From contig CAIVPW010000075.1 of the NCBI GenBank assembly GCA_903907895.1, positions 1 to 55,258 of the forward strand: a DNA stretch of 55,258 nt. Reading direction: 5' to 3'. This DNA is from an uncultured Alphaproteobacteria bacterium (GTDB lineage Bacteria; Pseudomonadota; Alphaproteobacteria; UBA2966; CAIVPW01). The stretch's first letter is position 1. Every line of letters starts with the position of its first letter. Below are positions 10,334 through 21,011 of the stretch, one piece after another. The translations under genes were made by a program, and so were the position numbers. The notes beneath the pieces are model-generated. The model did no database searches and was not told the DNA's origin. It was given only the letters and a program-made list of their open reading frames with translations.

Positions 10334-10762
10334 ATGGGACTGGTAGCGCGCCTCTTCAGCTGGTGGGCCAATGAGCCCCTGGGCACATCGCTGTTCACCC
10401 GGTGGAAGGGCGAACTGGTCGGCACCGACGCCGCCGGCAATCGCTATTTTCAGGAACGCAACGGCTCGCGCGACGACGCGCGCGGCCGGCCGACCCGGCG
10501 CTGGGTTCTGTACAACGGCGAGGTCGAGGCTTCGAAGGTGCCCTCCGAGTGGCACGGCTGGCTGCACGGCACGATGGCCGAGGTGCCCAAGGCCGACCGC
10601 AAGAAGCACGCCTGGGAACAGCCGCATGTGCCCAACCTGACCGGTACGGCCGATGCTTGGCGTCCGCCGGGCAGCCTGGCACGCGGCGGCCGACGTCCCA
10701 AGGCGACCGGCGACTATGAAGCGTGGCGCCCGTCCGGCGACGAGCCCCGGCGCCCGAGTTGA
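10334..10762 (+). CDS. NADH:ubiquinone oxidoreductase subunit NDUFA12 family protein
   Basis: ATG 10334. MGLVARLFSWW ... GTDAAGNRYFQ ... RRWVLYNGEVEASKVPSEWHGWLH is the typical NDUFA12/B17.2-like pattern. Confidence 0.85.
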   Translation: MGLVARLFSWWANEPLGTSLFTRWKGELVGTDAAGNRYFQERNGSRDDARGRPTRRWVLYNGEVEASKVPSEWHGWLHGTMAEVPKADRKKHAWEQPHVPNLTGTADAWRPPGSLARGGRRPKATGDYEAWRPSGDEPRRPS

Positions 10763-10779
10763 GCGCGCGGTTGGCCTAA

Positions 10780-11307
10780 ATGCAGAATTCGCTGATCGAG
10801 ACGCTGCTCGGCGCCGTGGTCATTGCGGTGGGCGTCGCGTTCCTGGCATTCGCCGTGCGCGTCGCCAACAACGGCACCGTCGCAGGCTACGAACTGGCGG
10901 CGCGGTTTGATCGCGTCGATGGTCTCGATATCGGCTCCGACGTGCGCATGGGCGGCATCAAGATCGGCTCGGTCGTGCGCCAGTCGCTCGACCCGATCAC
11001 CTACCGCGCCATCGTCACCTTCACGGTGCAGCCGGACATCAAGGTCCCGGCCGATACGTCGGCGACCATTGAGTCCGAAAGCCTGCTCGGCGGCCGGTAC
11101 CTGTCGCTGGTGCCGGGCGGTGATGACCGCATGCTGAACCCCGGACAAGAGATCCGCTACACCCAGGCCTCGGTCAGCCTCGAGCAGTTGCTGGGCAAGT
11201 TCCTGGGCGGTGGCATGGTTGCGCCCACGGGCGGGACGCCCGCGCCGGCCACGCCGCCCGCCGCGCCTGCAAACACGGGCCTGCCTCCCGGCCTCGCCAC
11301 TCCGTAG
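10780..11307 (+). CDS. mlaD: MlaD-family (MCE domain) protein
   Basis: N-terminal TM helix ETLLGAVVIAVGVAFLAFAV followed by an MCE domain (GLDIGSDVRMGGIKIGSV). Confidence 0.85.
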   Translation: MQNSLIETLLGAVVIAVGVAFLAFAVRVANNGTVAGYELAARFDRVDGLDIGSDVRMGGIKIGSVVRQSLDPITYRAIVTFTVQPDIKVPADTSATIESESLLGGRYLSLVPGGDDRMLNPGQEIRYTQASVSLEQLLGKFLGGGMVAPTGGTPAPATPPAAPANTGLPPGLATP

Positions 11308-11309
11308 GC

Positions 11310-11699
11310 ATGAATCGGCGGTTGCTCGCGGCGCTGTTGGCGCTCCCGTCTCTTTTCTTTGCACACAGCGCGGCAGGGCAGGCAGCGGTCGGCAATCGCA
11401 TCGCCGTGCTGCAGGGCTTGGACAAAGTCACCGGCCGCATCTCGACCATCCGCTCGCCGATCAATGAGCCGGTGCGCTTCGGGACGCTTCTGATAACCGC
11501 ACGGACCTGCACCAAGCGCTCGCCCGAAGAGCCCCCGGAAACGACGGTGTTCCTGGAAGTCTACGACCTAGGCACCGGTGGCACGCCAAAGCTCGCGTAC
11601 TCCGGCTGGATGTTCGCCTCCAGCCCCGCGCTCGCGGCGATGGAGCATCCGGTTTACGACCTGTCGGTCATCGGCTGCGAGATACCGGGTACGCGATAG
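11310..11699 (+). CDS. DUF2155 domain-containing secreted protein
   Basis: Signal peptide followed by VLQGLDKVTGRISTI ... FGTLLITARTC. It is the usual neighbour of NDUFA12-like and mlaD genes in alphaproteobacteria. Confidence 0.8.
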   Translation: MNRRLLAALLALPSLFFAHSAAGQAAVGNRIAVLQGLDKVTGRISTIRSPINEPVRFGTLLITARTCTKRSPEEPPETTVFLEVYDLGTGGTPKLAYSGWMFASSPALAAMEHPVYDLSVIGCEIPGTR

Positions 11700-11705
11700 C
11701 GCGAC

Positions 11706-12368
11706 CTAGCTAGCGGCGATCTCGTCGATCTTCGCGAGCTTCAACACGTCATCCGGCGGCGCGTTCGCCGGCAGGCGGTGAAAGTCGGCGTCCTTGGTGA
11801 CGGCGACCTTCAGTCGCTTCAGATATTCCGCGCGAGAAATCTCCAGGGCGCCGAAGCGCTGCAGGTGACTCGTGACGAACTGCGTGTCGAGAAGCGTGTA
11901 GCCGCCGGCGCGCAGGCGGGCGACCAAGTATACGAGGGCCACCTTGCTGGCGTCCTGGTGCACCGAGAACATGCTTTCGCCGAAGAACGCGGCGCCGAGC
12001 GAAACGCCGTACAGGCCGCCGACGAGTTCGCTGCCTTCCCAGCATTCGACGCTGTGCGCGTGCCCGATGCCGTAGAGGCCCGTGAACATGTCGATGATCG
12101 AGTCGTTGATCCAGGTGGTCCAGCGGCCGGGGCGGGGCGAGGCGCAGCCCTCGACGACGCGCTGGAACGCGGTGTCGGTCTTCACCTGGAACGGCTGCTG
12201 CCGGACGGTGCGCGCAAGGCGCTTCGGCACGTGGAAGTCTTCGAGCGGCAGGATGCCGCGCTTGTGTGGGTCAAACCAACTGATGTGAGGGTCGTGACGG
12301 CTCTCGGACATTGGGAAGATGCCCTGGGCATACGCCCGCAGCAGCATGTCGAGAGTCACGCGGGCCAT
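11706..12368 (-). CDS. aat: Leucyl/phenylalanyl-tRNA--protein transferase
   Basis: [12 protein letters not shown] ... [12 protein letters not shown] ... GESMFS motifs. ATG 12368 is preferred, and an in-frame ATG at 12386 is an alternative. Confidence 0.9.
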   Translation of the reverse strand: MARVTLDMLLRAYAQGIFPMSESRHDPHISWFDPHKRGILPLEDFHVPKRLARTVRQQPFQVKTDTAFQRVVEGCASPRPGRWTTWINDSIIDMFTGLYGIGHAHSVECWEGSELVGGLYGVSLGAAFFGESMFSVHQDASKVALVYLVARLRAGGYTLLDTQFVTSHLQRFGALEISRAEYLKRLKVAVTKDADFHRLPANAPPDDVLKLAKIDEIAAS

Positions 12369-12405
12369 GAGGATCCCGCTGCGCATCTTGAAGCTGGCTT
12401 GGCGC

Positions 12406-13749
<1,344 letters not shown>

Positions 13750-13750
13750 G

Positions 13751-14209
13751 TTATTCGATGATCATCAGCAACTGGCCGAACTCGACCGGGGCCGCGTCCT
13801 TCACGACGATGCGGCGCACGGTGCCGCCACGCGGGGAGGGGATCGGATTCATCGTCTTCATTGCTTCGACAATGAGCAGCGTCTGGCCCTGCCTCACTTC
13901 TTGGCCCTCGGCGATGAACGGCTTGGCGCCAGGCTCGGGCGAGAAATACACGGTGCCGACCATCGGCGACGTCACCGCCCCCGGATGGTCCTTGGTATAT
14001 TCGGCCGCGGCGGCCGGAGCGCCACCGGCGGGTGCCGCGATGCTGGCGGGCGCCTGCATGATCGGCGCGCCCATGGCGACCATCGGCGCAGGCGTCCGCA
14101 CGACGCGCAGGCGGCGGTCGCCTTCGCTCCACTCGATCTCGGTAAGATTGTTCTCGGTGAGCAGGGCAGCGAGGGCGCTGATCAGCTCGCGGTCGACCTT
14201 AGCGGCCAT
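13751..14209 (-). CDS. accB: Acetyl-CoA carboxylase biotin carboxyl carrier protein
   Basis: Ala/Pro-rich linker plus the biotinylation motif EAMKTMN. It lies 1 nt upstream of accC. Confidence 0.95.
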   Translation of the reverse strand: MAAKVDRELISALAALLTENNLTEIEWSEGDRRLRVVRTPAPMVAMGAPIMQAPASIAAPAGGAPAAAAEYTKDHPGAVTSPMVGTVYFSPEPGAKPFIAEGQEVRQGQTLLIVEAMKTMNPIPSPRGGTVRRIVVKDAAPVEFGQLLMIIE

Positions 14210-14212
14210 CGG

Positions 14213-14695
14213 CTATTTCGCCTTTCTTAGTGGGGACGCGCCCGTGGCGGCCAGCCGGCGGGCGAGTATCGAGGCCATCGCGTCCACGCCCATCAGGTAG
14301 CTGTCGCTGCCAAAACCGCAGATAACGCCTTCGGCCACGCGGCTGATGTGCGAATGGTGCCGGAACGGCTCCCGCTTATAGATGTTCGACAGGTGAACCT
14401 CCACGACCGGCAGCGCCACGCCCGAGAGGGCATCGGCGATGGCGATCGAGGTGTGCGTGAAGGCACCCGCGTTCAGGATGATGCCGTCCGCGCTGCCCTT
14501 CGCCGCATGAATCCATTCGATCAACTCGTGCTCGGCATTGCTCTGGCGGAAGTTCACCGCCAGGCCGCGCTCCCGTCCCCGGCGTTCGACTTTGGCCTGA
14601 ATGTCCGCCAGCGTCTCGCTGCCATAGATGTCGGGCTCGCGCGTGCCCAGCAGGTTCAGATTGGGGCCGTTCAGGACTAGGACGGATGAGTCCAT
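14213..14695 (-). CDS. aroQ: Type II 3-dehydroquinate dehydratase
   Basis: VLNGPNLNLLGTREPDIYG ... FRQSNAEHELIEWIH ... NAGAFTHTSIAI. Classical aroQ-accB-accC order. Confidence 0.95.
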   Translation of the reverse strand: MDSSVLVLNGPNLNLLGTREPDIYGSETLADIQAKVERRGRERGLAVNFRQSNAEHELIEWIHAAKGSADGIILNAGAFTHTSIAIADALSGVALPVVEVHLSNIYKREPFRHHSHISRVAEGVICGFGSDSYLMGVDAMASILARRLAATGASPLRKAK

Positions 14696-14999
14696 GGGGC
14701 AGAGCCAAAGAGTCGATCGCTACGTACCGGATCGCGGCTTAGCCCGCCTGGGGCCGGGCCGGTTATAGCACGAGGCCTCTCCGGCGCAACGAACCACTAG
14801 GGGTTGGGCCGGGGCGGTCGCGCCTCGCTCCGCGCATGCAGGCGCCAGCCTTGTCGCCGTGCCCGCGCCCGCCGGGCTCGCGACCGCGTGGCGATGGCGC
14901 GATTTTGTCTGCCACCTCGGGGGGTGGCCGGTTGATCGGGCGGGGGCGGGCCACCATACTCCGCCGAGATCACCCCGTTTCCCCACACGCAGTAAGAGC

Positions 15000-15998
15000 A
15001 TGCGCCTGACGATCAACGGTGAGGCCCGGGACTTTCCGGCTCCCCTCAACATCGATTCGTTGCTGACGAATCTCGGCCTCGACCCGCGCCGAATCGCGTT
15101 CGAGCGCAACCTGGAGATCGTGCCGCGCTCCGAGTACCCGCGCGTGACGTTGAACGACGGCGACCGCGTCGAGATCGTGCATTTCATCGGCGGCGGAGCC
15201 GGGCCGGCCGCGGCACTGGATGCCGCCGACGGCGATCCCTTGGTGGTTGCCGGGCGGCGGTTCGCGTCGCGCCTGATCGTCGGCACCGGTAAATATCAGG
15301 ACTTCGAGCAGACGCGTGCCGCGGTGGAAGCGTCGGGCGCCGACATGGTCACGGTCGCCGTGCGCCGCGTGAACATTGCGGAACCGGGCAAGCCGATGCT
15401 GGCAGATTACCTGGACCCGAAGACGTACACGTACCTGCCGAACACGGCCGGCTGCTACAACGCCGACGAGGCCGTGCGCACATTGCGCCTGGCACGCGAG
15501 GCAGGCGGCTGGTCGCTGGTGAAGCTCGAAGTGCTGGGCGACAAGAAGACGCTGTACCCCGACATGATCGAGACGCTGAAGGCGGCGGAGGTGCTGATCA
15601 AGGACGGCTTCGACGTCATGGTCTACTGCACCGATGATCCGCTCTTCGCGCGCAAGCTCGAGGACGTGGGCTGTGCGGCGATCATGCCGCTGGCGGCGCC
15701 GATCGGGTCGGGCCTCGGCATCCAGAATCCGATCAACATCCGGCTGATCGTCGAGCAGGCGAACGTTCCGGTGATCGTGGACGCCGGCGTTGGCACTGCA
15801 TCGGACGCGGCGATCGCCATGGAGCTTGGCTGTGACGGCGTGCTGATGAACACCGCCATCGCCGAAGCGCGCGACCCTGTACGCATGGCGAGCGCGATGC
15901 GCCTTGCCGTGGAAGCCGGCCGACAGGCCTACCTTGCCGGCCGCATGCCGAAGAAACGCTACGCCGATCCTTCCTCGCCGCTCGCCGGCCTCATCTAA
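15000..15998 (+). CDS. thiG: Fused sulfur-carrier ThiS / thiazole synthase ThiG
   Basis: ATG 15000. Residues 1-66 (MRLTINGE ... [10 protein letters not shown]) are a complete ThiS. A 14-aa Ala/Asp linker follows. A full ThiG starts at [19 protein letters not shown], with KLEVLGD and [11 protein letters not shown]. No stop lies between the two modules. Confidence 0.85.
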   Translation: MRLTINGEARDFPAPLNIDSLLTNLGLDPRRIAFERNLEIVPRSEYPRVTLNDGDRVEIVHFIGGGAGPAAALDAADGDPLVVAGRRFASRLIVGTGKYQDFEQTRAAVEASGADMVTVAVRRVNIAEPGKPMLADYLDPKTYTYLPNTAGCYNADEAVRTLRLAREAGGWSLVKLEVLGDKKTLYPDMIETLKAAEVLIKDGFDVMVYCTDDPLFARKLEDVGCAAIMPLAAPIGSGLGIQNPINIRLIVEQANVPVIVDAGVGTASDAAIAMELGCDGVLMNTAIAEARDPVRMASAMRLAVEAGRQAYLAGRMPKKRYADPSSPLAGLI

Positions 15999-16014
15999 CG
16001 AAAGAAGCGCACCG

Positions 16015-17874
16015 ATGGGCAGGGGGGTGTGGTCCTGCGCGGGGATGCTCGCGGCTGCGCTGACGTGCGCCGGCGTCACCGCCAGCGTGGCGCAGACGGC
16101 AGGGCCCGCCGCCGAGCAAGTCGCGGCATGGACCGACGCGCATGTCGCGCGACGCGTCGCCGCCGGGGAAGCGCCGGGCGCCGTGGTCGCCGTTGTCTAC
16201 AACGGCGCGGTCATCCTGCAAAAAGGCTACGGCTTCGCCGACGGCGCCCGGACGGTGCCGATGGATCCCGAGCGCACGCGCGTGCGCGTTGGGGCCGTGT
16301 CGCATCTCGCCACCGCCGCAACCGCTCTCGCCGCCGCCGAGGCGGGAACCGTGCGGCTGCAGCAGGACATCCATCCGTTGTGGGAGCGCAACGGCTTCAG
16401 CATTCCGAGTCCGTCCACGCTGACACTCACCGACCTGCTGACCCACAGCGCCGGATACGCCGACCGTCTGCTGGGTCAGTTCGTTGCCGGAGAAAGTCAG
16501 CTGCAGCCGCTGCGGGAATACTTGATGGCGGCCATGCCGCCTCTGGTTCTGCAGGCGGGGCAGGCAGTGTTGCCGTCCGTGCACGGTCTCGCGGTGGCAG
16601 GGCTCACGCTGGAATTTGCCGCCGGCCAGCCGTTCCCGGAGTTGGCGCAGCGTGTGCTGCTGACGCCCGCCGGAATGACCAACAGCACGTTCGATCCCAA
16701 GCCGCCAGCGGCGATCCGCAGCACGATCGCATCCGGGCACCACTGGGGCGCGACGCTCGAGCCGGTACCGCTCGACTTCCCCTCGCTGCCGCCCGCCAGC
16801 GGGCTGATCACGACGGCTGCCGACATCGCGAAGCTGCTGCAAGTCGTTACGAATGGCGGCTCCAAGCCAGATGGCACTCGTCTGTGGAGCGAGGAGGCCA
16901 ACGGCCAGCTGCTGATGCGCCGCGCCACGAACCATCCAAGCATGCCGGGCCGCTCGCTGGCGCTGGAACAGACGCCGCTCGGCGCTCGCACGGTTTGGAC
17001 GCAGACGGGCCTGGTGCGCGGCTACACCGCCCAGGTGTCGGTGGTGCCCGAGCTCGGGCTTGCCGTGTTCATCGCCGCGAATGGCGGCGCGTACGAAGGA
17101 CTGCAGCAGCTGAGCCGCACCGGCGTACTGGTGCACGATCTCGCCACCGAGATGGTGGGCGCCTTGTGGCCGGAGACCAGCGCACCTACGGTTCCCGTGC
17201 GCAACATCGCGCCCGACGACCGCGCCGACTACGCCGGGCAGTACCGCGTTGCTGCCATCGACAAGGACACGCCGCTCAAAGCGATCCGCCTGCTGCAATC
17301 GGTGCGTGTCGATGCCGAAAGCGATGTGCGCATCGTGATCGAGGGCAAGCAGTTCCAGAAGATCGGTCTCGACCTGTTCCAGAGCGGGCCCGAGTTCGTG
17401 CGTTTCCTGCGCAGCGGGGAGGGTGACGTAACCTACCTTCTGCGCGGCCACGAGGTATGGGAGCGCGCGCCCGTCTTCGAGACCGACACCGTACAGCGCG
17501 CCTTCATCGGCATTGCAGTGGGACTGCTCGCGCTGGGCGCGCTCGTGTCACTGGCGGGCCTGATCGTCGGTTGGAAGCGGCGCCTGGCCAACGCGATCGG
17601 CCTGGTCGGCGCGCTCGGCGGTCTGGCGCTGGTGGGATGGGTCGCTTGGCAGCTGACGCACCTCACGCTCGGTCTCGCCATGGCCCAGGGTATGGCGGGA
17701 GTGCCGTTCGGCCTGCTGTTGTGGACGGTGCCCGCCGGGGCGGCGGCGTTCAGCTTCTTCTACGCGCTGTTCGGAATCGGCATCCCGAATTTCAACCGCG
17801 CCACGTTGATCGGCACAACGCTCGGGTGGGTACTGCTGTATCCGGTGCTGACCACCTGGAATCTGCTGGCCTAG
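16015..17874 (+). CDS. Beta-lactamase/PBP-fold (serine-hydrolase-like) protein with C-terminal multi-TM domain; catalytic motifs degenerate
   Basis: ATG 16015 and a signal peptide. AmpC/esterase-like fold markers are present (VVYNGAVILQKGYGFAD, LLTHSAGY). About four hydrophobic helices occupy the last ~130 aa. See the finding on the lost motifs. Confidence 0.75.
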   Translation: MGRGVWSCAGMLAAALTCAGVTASVAQTAGPAAEQVAAWTDAHVARRVAAGEAPGAVVAVVYNGAVILQKGYGFADGARTVPMDPERTRVRVGAVSHLATAATALAAAEAGTVRLQQDIHPLWERNGFSIPSPSTLTLTDLLTHSAGYADRLLGQFVAGESQLQPLREYLMAAMPPLVLQAGQAVLPSVHGLAVAGLTLEFAAGQPFPELAQRVLLTPAGMTNSTFDPKPPAAIRSTIASGHHWGATLEPVPLDFPSLPPASGLITTAADIAKLLQVVTNGGSKPDGTRLWSEEANGQLLMRRATNHPSMPGRSLALEQTPLGARTVWTQTGLVRGYTAQVSVVPELGLAVFIAANGGAYEGLQQLSRTGVLVHDLATEMVGALWPETSAPTVPVRNIAPDDRADYAGQYRVAAIDKDTPLKAIRLLQSVRVDAESDVRIVIEGKQFQKIGLDLFQSGPEFVRFLRSGEGDVTYLLRGHEVWERAPVFETDTVQRAFIGIAVGLLALGALVSLAGLIVGWKRRLANAIGLVGALGGLALVGWVAWQLTHLTLGLAMAQGMAGVPFGLLLWTVPAGAAAFSFFYALFGIGIPNFNRATLIGTTLGWVLLYPVLTTWNLLA

Positions 17875-17911
17875 TCGCCGCGCAATTCGCTCCTCGCGCT
17901 GAGGCACGGAC

Positions 17912-18298
17912 TCACCAGAGCCAAGTAGCCGGATTTGCGATCGGCTGGTGCTTGCCCAGGCGGTTGAGGCCGAGGATGCAGCGCACGGCGACCCAGAGCA
18001 GCACGGCCACGGCCAGCACGATGCCGATGCCGATGATCGTCAGCAACGCGGAGATGCAGGCATACAGCAGGCCGACCCAGAAGGTGCGGATCTGATAGCG
18101 GTAATGCGTGGCGAGGTACGAGCCTTCGACCTTGCGCCGCTGCACGTAGGCGATGATGACGCCGACCAGCGACGCCAGCCCGCCGGTGAACAGTCCGACC
18201 AGGAAGAGCGCGTACACGACGACGGGTAGCGTTGTCTCATGACCCAGCGCGCGGTCGAAGGCGCTTGGGCCGCGCTGGTTGTCGTCGGTGAACGTCAT
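17912..18298 (-). CDS. Small integral membrane protein (DUF4870-like)
   Basis: 128 aa with three or four TM segments. It lies 12 nt downstream of the thioredoxin-like gene on the same strand. Confidence 0.6.
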   Translation of the reverse strand: MTFTDDNQRGPSAFDRALGHETTLPVVVYALFLVGLFTGGLASLVGVIIAYVQRRKVEGSYLATHYRYQIRTFWVGLLYACISALLTIIGIGIVLAVAVLLWVAVRCILGLNRLGKHQPIANPATWLW

Positions 18299-18310
18299 GG
18301 CACGACCCTC

Positions 18311-18775
18311 CTACAGGCCCTGCTCGAACAGGGCACGAATACGGGCTTCGCTGGTGTCGGCGACGGAGCGCGCAACTTCGACACCGTCCTTGAACACGAG
18401 CAGCGTCGATTGCTGGCGCACCTTATGTGCGCTCAGGAACTTGCGTTCCCGGTCGAAGTTCACGACGTACGCGGCGACTTCATCGAATTTCGGCTCCTGC
18501 AGCAGACGCGCCATGATCGGCGCCTGCGCGGCGCAGTCGGTGCACCAGCTCGCGTGCACCGCGACCAGCACGGTCTTGTGGCTGGCAAGGTCCTGGGTGA
18601 AGGCGGGGGCTAAGTAGTCGTGCCATTCGCCGCCGGCACCGCCGACCTGGGCCGTGACCGGCGCGGCCGCCGTAGGGCCGGCGCGATGGGCATCGAACCC
18701 CTCGGACGCGGCGACCAGTGCCACCACGAGCGCGGCGGCGGCGACGCTGACCACAATGCCGGTACGGACCTGCAT
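18311..18775 (-). CDS. Membrane-anchored thioredoxin-family protein
   Basis: N-terminal anchor VVSVAAAALVVALVAA and redox motif WCTDC in a thioredoxin-like context (VLVAVHASWCTDCAAQAP). Confidence 0.8.
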   Translation of the reverse strand: MQVRTGIVVSVAAAALVVALVAASEGFDAHRAGPTAAAPVTAQVGGAGGEWHDYLAPAFTQDLASHKTVLVAVHASWCTDCAAQAPIMARLLQEPKFDEVAAYVVNFDRERKFLSAHKVRQQSTLLVFKDGVEVARSVADTSEARIRALFEQGL

Positions 18776-18784
18776 GAAGGCTTC

Positions 18785-19522
18785 CTACGAGGGAAGGAGC
18801 TTCCCACCCCGTAGATGGTACACCCGCTTCAGTCTTGCAAGGAAAGCGGGGTCATGGGTGACCACCAAAAGGGTGGCGCCGGTCGCCTGAGCCTGGGAAA
18901 GCAAGAGGTCGATGACAATGCGGCCGGCGTCGGCGTCGAGGCTGGCGGTCGGTTCGTCGGCCGCGATGATGCGGGGCCGGTTGATGAGGGCGCGGGCGAT
19001 GCCGACCCGCTGCTGCTCGCCGCGCGACATGGTGGCCACCGTCGCACGGGCGGCAGGCGCCTTGACGGTTTCCAGCAGGTCGAGGGCGCGCTTGCGCATG
19101 GCGGCGCCGATGCGGAACCCCTCGAAGGTGCGGGGCAGCAGCACGTTCATCAGCGGCGACATCATCGGTATCAGGTGGAAATCCTGGAAGACGAAGCCGA
19201 CATCGCGTCGCCGCCAGCGGTCGCGCGCCCGTTCCGACAACTTGGTGATGTCTGTGTCGGCCCAGCGGATCATGCCTCGCTCGGGCTTCTCGATGCCGGT
19301 GAGCGTGTAGAGGAGGGACGTCTTGCCCGAGCCGCTCGGACCGGTGATGCCGACGATGGCACCGGGCTCGATCTCCATGCGGTCGATGTCGAGCACGGTG
19401 AACCGCTCGCCCCCACTGCGCTTGGTGGCGCCGTAGGTGAGCTTTAACCCTTCGACGCGGAGTGCGCCGGTGCGCTGGGCGACCTGGGTGTCCACCGTTC
19501 CTCCCTGTGCAACAGGTAGCAC
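18785..19522 (-). CDS. ABC transporter ATP-binding protein (MacB/LolD/FtsE-type)
   Basis: Walker A GPSGSGKTS, signature MSRGEQQRVGIARAL, Walker B IIAADEPTASLD. The track start at 19522 is GTG. An internal GTG at 19495 with GGAGGA upstream is an alternative start. Confidence 0.9.
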   Translation of the reverse strand: MLPVAQGGTVDTQVAQRTGALRVEGLKLTYGATKRSGGERFTVLDIDRMEIEPGAIVGITGPSGSGKTSLLYTLTGIEKPERGMIRWADTDITKLSERARDRWRRRDVGFVFQDFHLIPMMSPLMNVLLPRTFEGFRIGAAMRKRALDLLETVKAPAARATVATMSRGEQQRVGIARALINRPRIIAADEPTASLDADAGRIVIDLLLSQAQATGATLLVVTHDPAFLARLKRVYHLRGGKLLPS

Positions 19523-19575
19523 AACCCTATTCTACGTAGCCACCGGCGGGCCGCGCCGCTAAGGTTTTGCGCACC

Positions 19576-20865
19576 ATGGCGAACCCGCTCCCGATCATCG
19601 CCGCCGACGTCAAGCAGGCCAAGGGCGGCGTGTTGGTCATCATCGTGCTGATCGCGCTCGCCGTCGGATTGGGGGTCGGCATCTCGGCCCAGGAACGCGC
19701 ACTGCGCGAGGGCACGACGCAGGCGGCCGCCGCCTTCGACCTGCTGATCGGCGCCCGCGGCAGCGAAACGCAACTGGTGCTCAGCACGATCTACCTGCAG
19801 CCCTCGCCGATCGACCTGATCGACGGCAACATCTTGCAGGACTTGATCGACAATCCGCGGGTGAAGTTCGCCGCGCCAATCGGCTTCGGTGACAATTACC
19901 AAGGCTACCCGATCATCGGCAGCACGAAGGAGTTCCTCACCCAGGGCGGCGGCGCGCTAGAAGAAGGGCGCGCCTTTCATGCCATCAACGAGGTCGTCGT
20001 TGGCCGCGACGTACGCTTGAAGCTTGGCGATAGGTTCGTGCCGTCACACGGCCGCATGGCCGAGGAAGGCCACTCGCACCTGCAGTACAGGGTGGTCGGC
20101 CGCATGCCGCGCCTCGGCAATCCGTGGGACCGAGCGATCATTGCGCCGATCGAGGCCGTGTGGTGGGTGCACGGCCTGCCGGCGGGACATCCCGAGTACG
20201 CCAACATCTACAGCCTCGCGGCCGAGGAAGGCCACGAAGGGCACGCAGGCGAACATGACGAAGACGGTCCGACCCAGGACGAGCTGAACGCGCTGCCGCT
20301 CGGCGCGCCGTTCGATCGCGCGTACGTGCCGGGCGTGCCGGCCATTGTGGTGAAGCCGGCGACCGTCGCCGCGGCCTACACTTTGCGCCAGCAGTACCGC
20401 ACCGACGAACGCACCATGGCGCTGTTTCCGGCGGAGGTTCTGCTGCAGCTGTATTCCATGCTGGGCGACGTGCGCGACTTGCTCGCGGTCGTGTCCGTCA
20501 TCACGCAAATTCTCGTGGTGGGGGCCGTGCTGCTCGCGGTACTCGCGGCGCTCGCGCTGCGGCGCAAGACCATCGCCGTGCTGCGCGCCATGGGCGCGTC
20601 GCAGGGCTATATCTTCTTCACCGTCTGGCTCAACGTGACGTTGATGATCGCAGTGGGAGCCGTGCTTGGTCTCGGTGTGGGGTGGGGAACGGCGCGCCTG
20701 CTGTCGGCAGTGTTCGCCGGTCAGACTGGCTTGACCCTGCCGGTGTCACTCGGTGCGCAGGAGTACGGCCTCGTGGCCGTCATCATCGCGATCAGCGTGC
20801 TGCTGGCAGCGATTCCGTCGCTCCTGACGTACCGCGCTCCTGTTTCCTCCGCCTTGCGCCAGTAG
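19576..20865 (+). CDS. FtsX/MacB-type ABC transporter permease with large periplasmic domain
   Basis: ATG 19576. One N-terminal TM, a periplasmic domain of ~250 aa, then three C-terminal TMs (FtsX fold). It is divergent from the ATPase gene. Confidence 0.85.
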   Translation: MANPLPIIAADVKQAKGGVLVIIVLIALAVGLGVGISAQERALREGTTQAAAAFDLLIGARGSETQLVLSTIYLQPSPIDLIDGNILQDLIDNPRVKFAAPIGFGDNYQGYPIIGSTKEFLTQGGGALEEGRAFHAINEVVVGRDVRLKLGDRFVPSHGRMAEEGHSHLQYRVVGRMPRLGNPWDRAIIAPIEAVWWVHGLPAGHPEYANIYSLAAEEGHEGHAGEHDEDGPTQDELNALPLGAPFDRAYVPGVPAIVVKPATVAAAYTLRQQYRTDERTMALFPAEVLLQLYSMLGDVRDLLAVVSVITQILVVGAVLLAVLAALALRRKTIAVLRAMGASQGYIFFTVWLNVTLMIAVGAVLGLGVGWGTARLLSAVFAGQTGLTLPVSLGAQEYGLVAVIIAISVLLAAIPSLLTYRAPVSSALRQ

Positions 20866-21011
20866 CTATAAAGCCTTCGCCACCGCGGGCGAGACGCTGG
20901 GCAACTGCGACCGCTGGCGGGGATGAGCCAGTCTGCCTTCCACGTACGCGTTGCCCTAGCACTCGGCATTGGTCCCCCTTCCGCCGATGTACGGGCCGAA
21001 GGCCTCAGCTC

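Noticed and set aside
14696-14999. Expected TPP (THI-box) riboswitch upstream of thiS-thiG. Fragments CACUAGGGGU (about 14796) and CCGAGAUCACCCC (about 14963-14975) resemble parts of the aptamer.
   Set aside because: I could not find a complete aptamer in the right order. There is no CUGAGA box after the first fragment and no CCUGAUC..GCG.AGGGA half after the second. A covariance-model scan (Rfam RF00059) would settle this.
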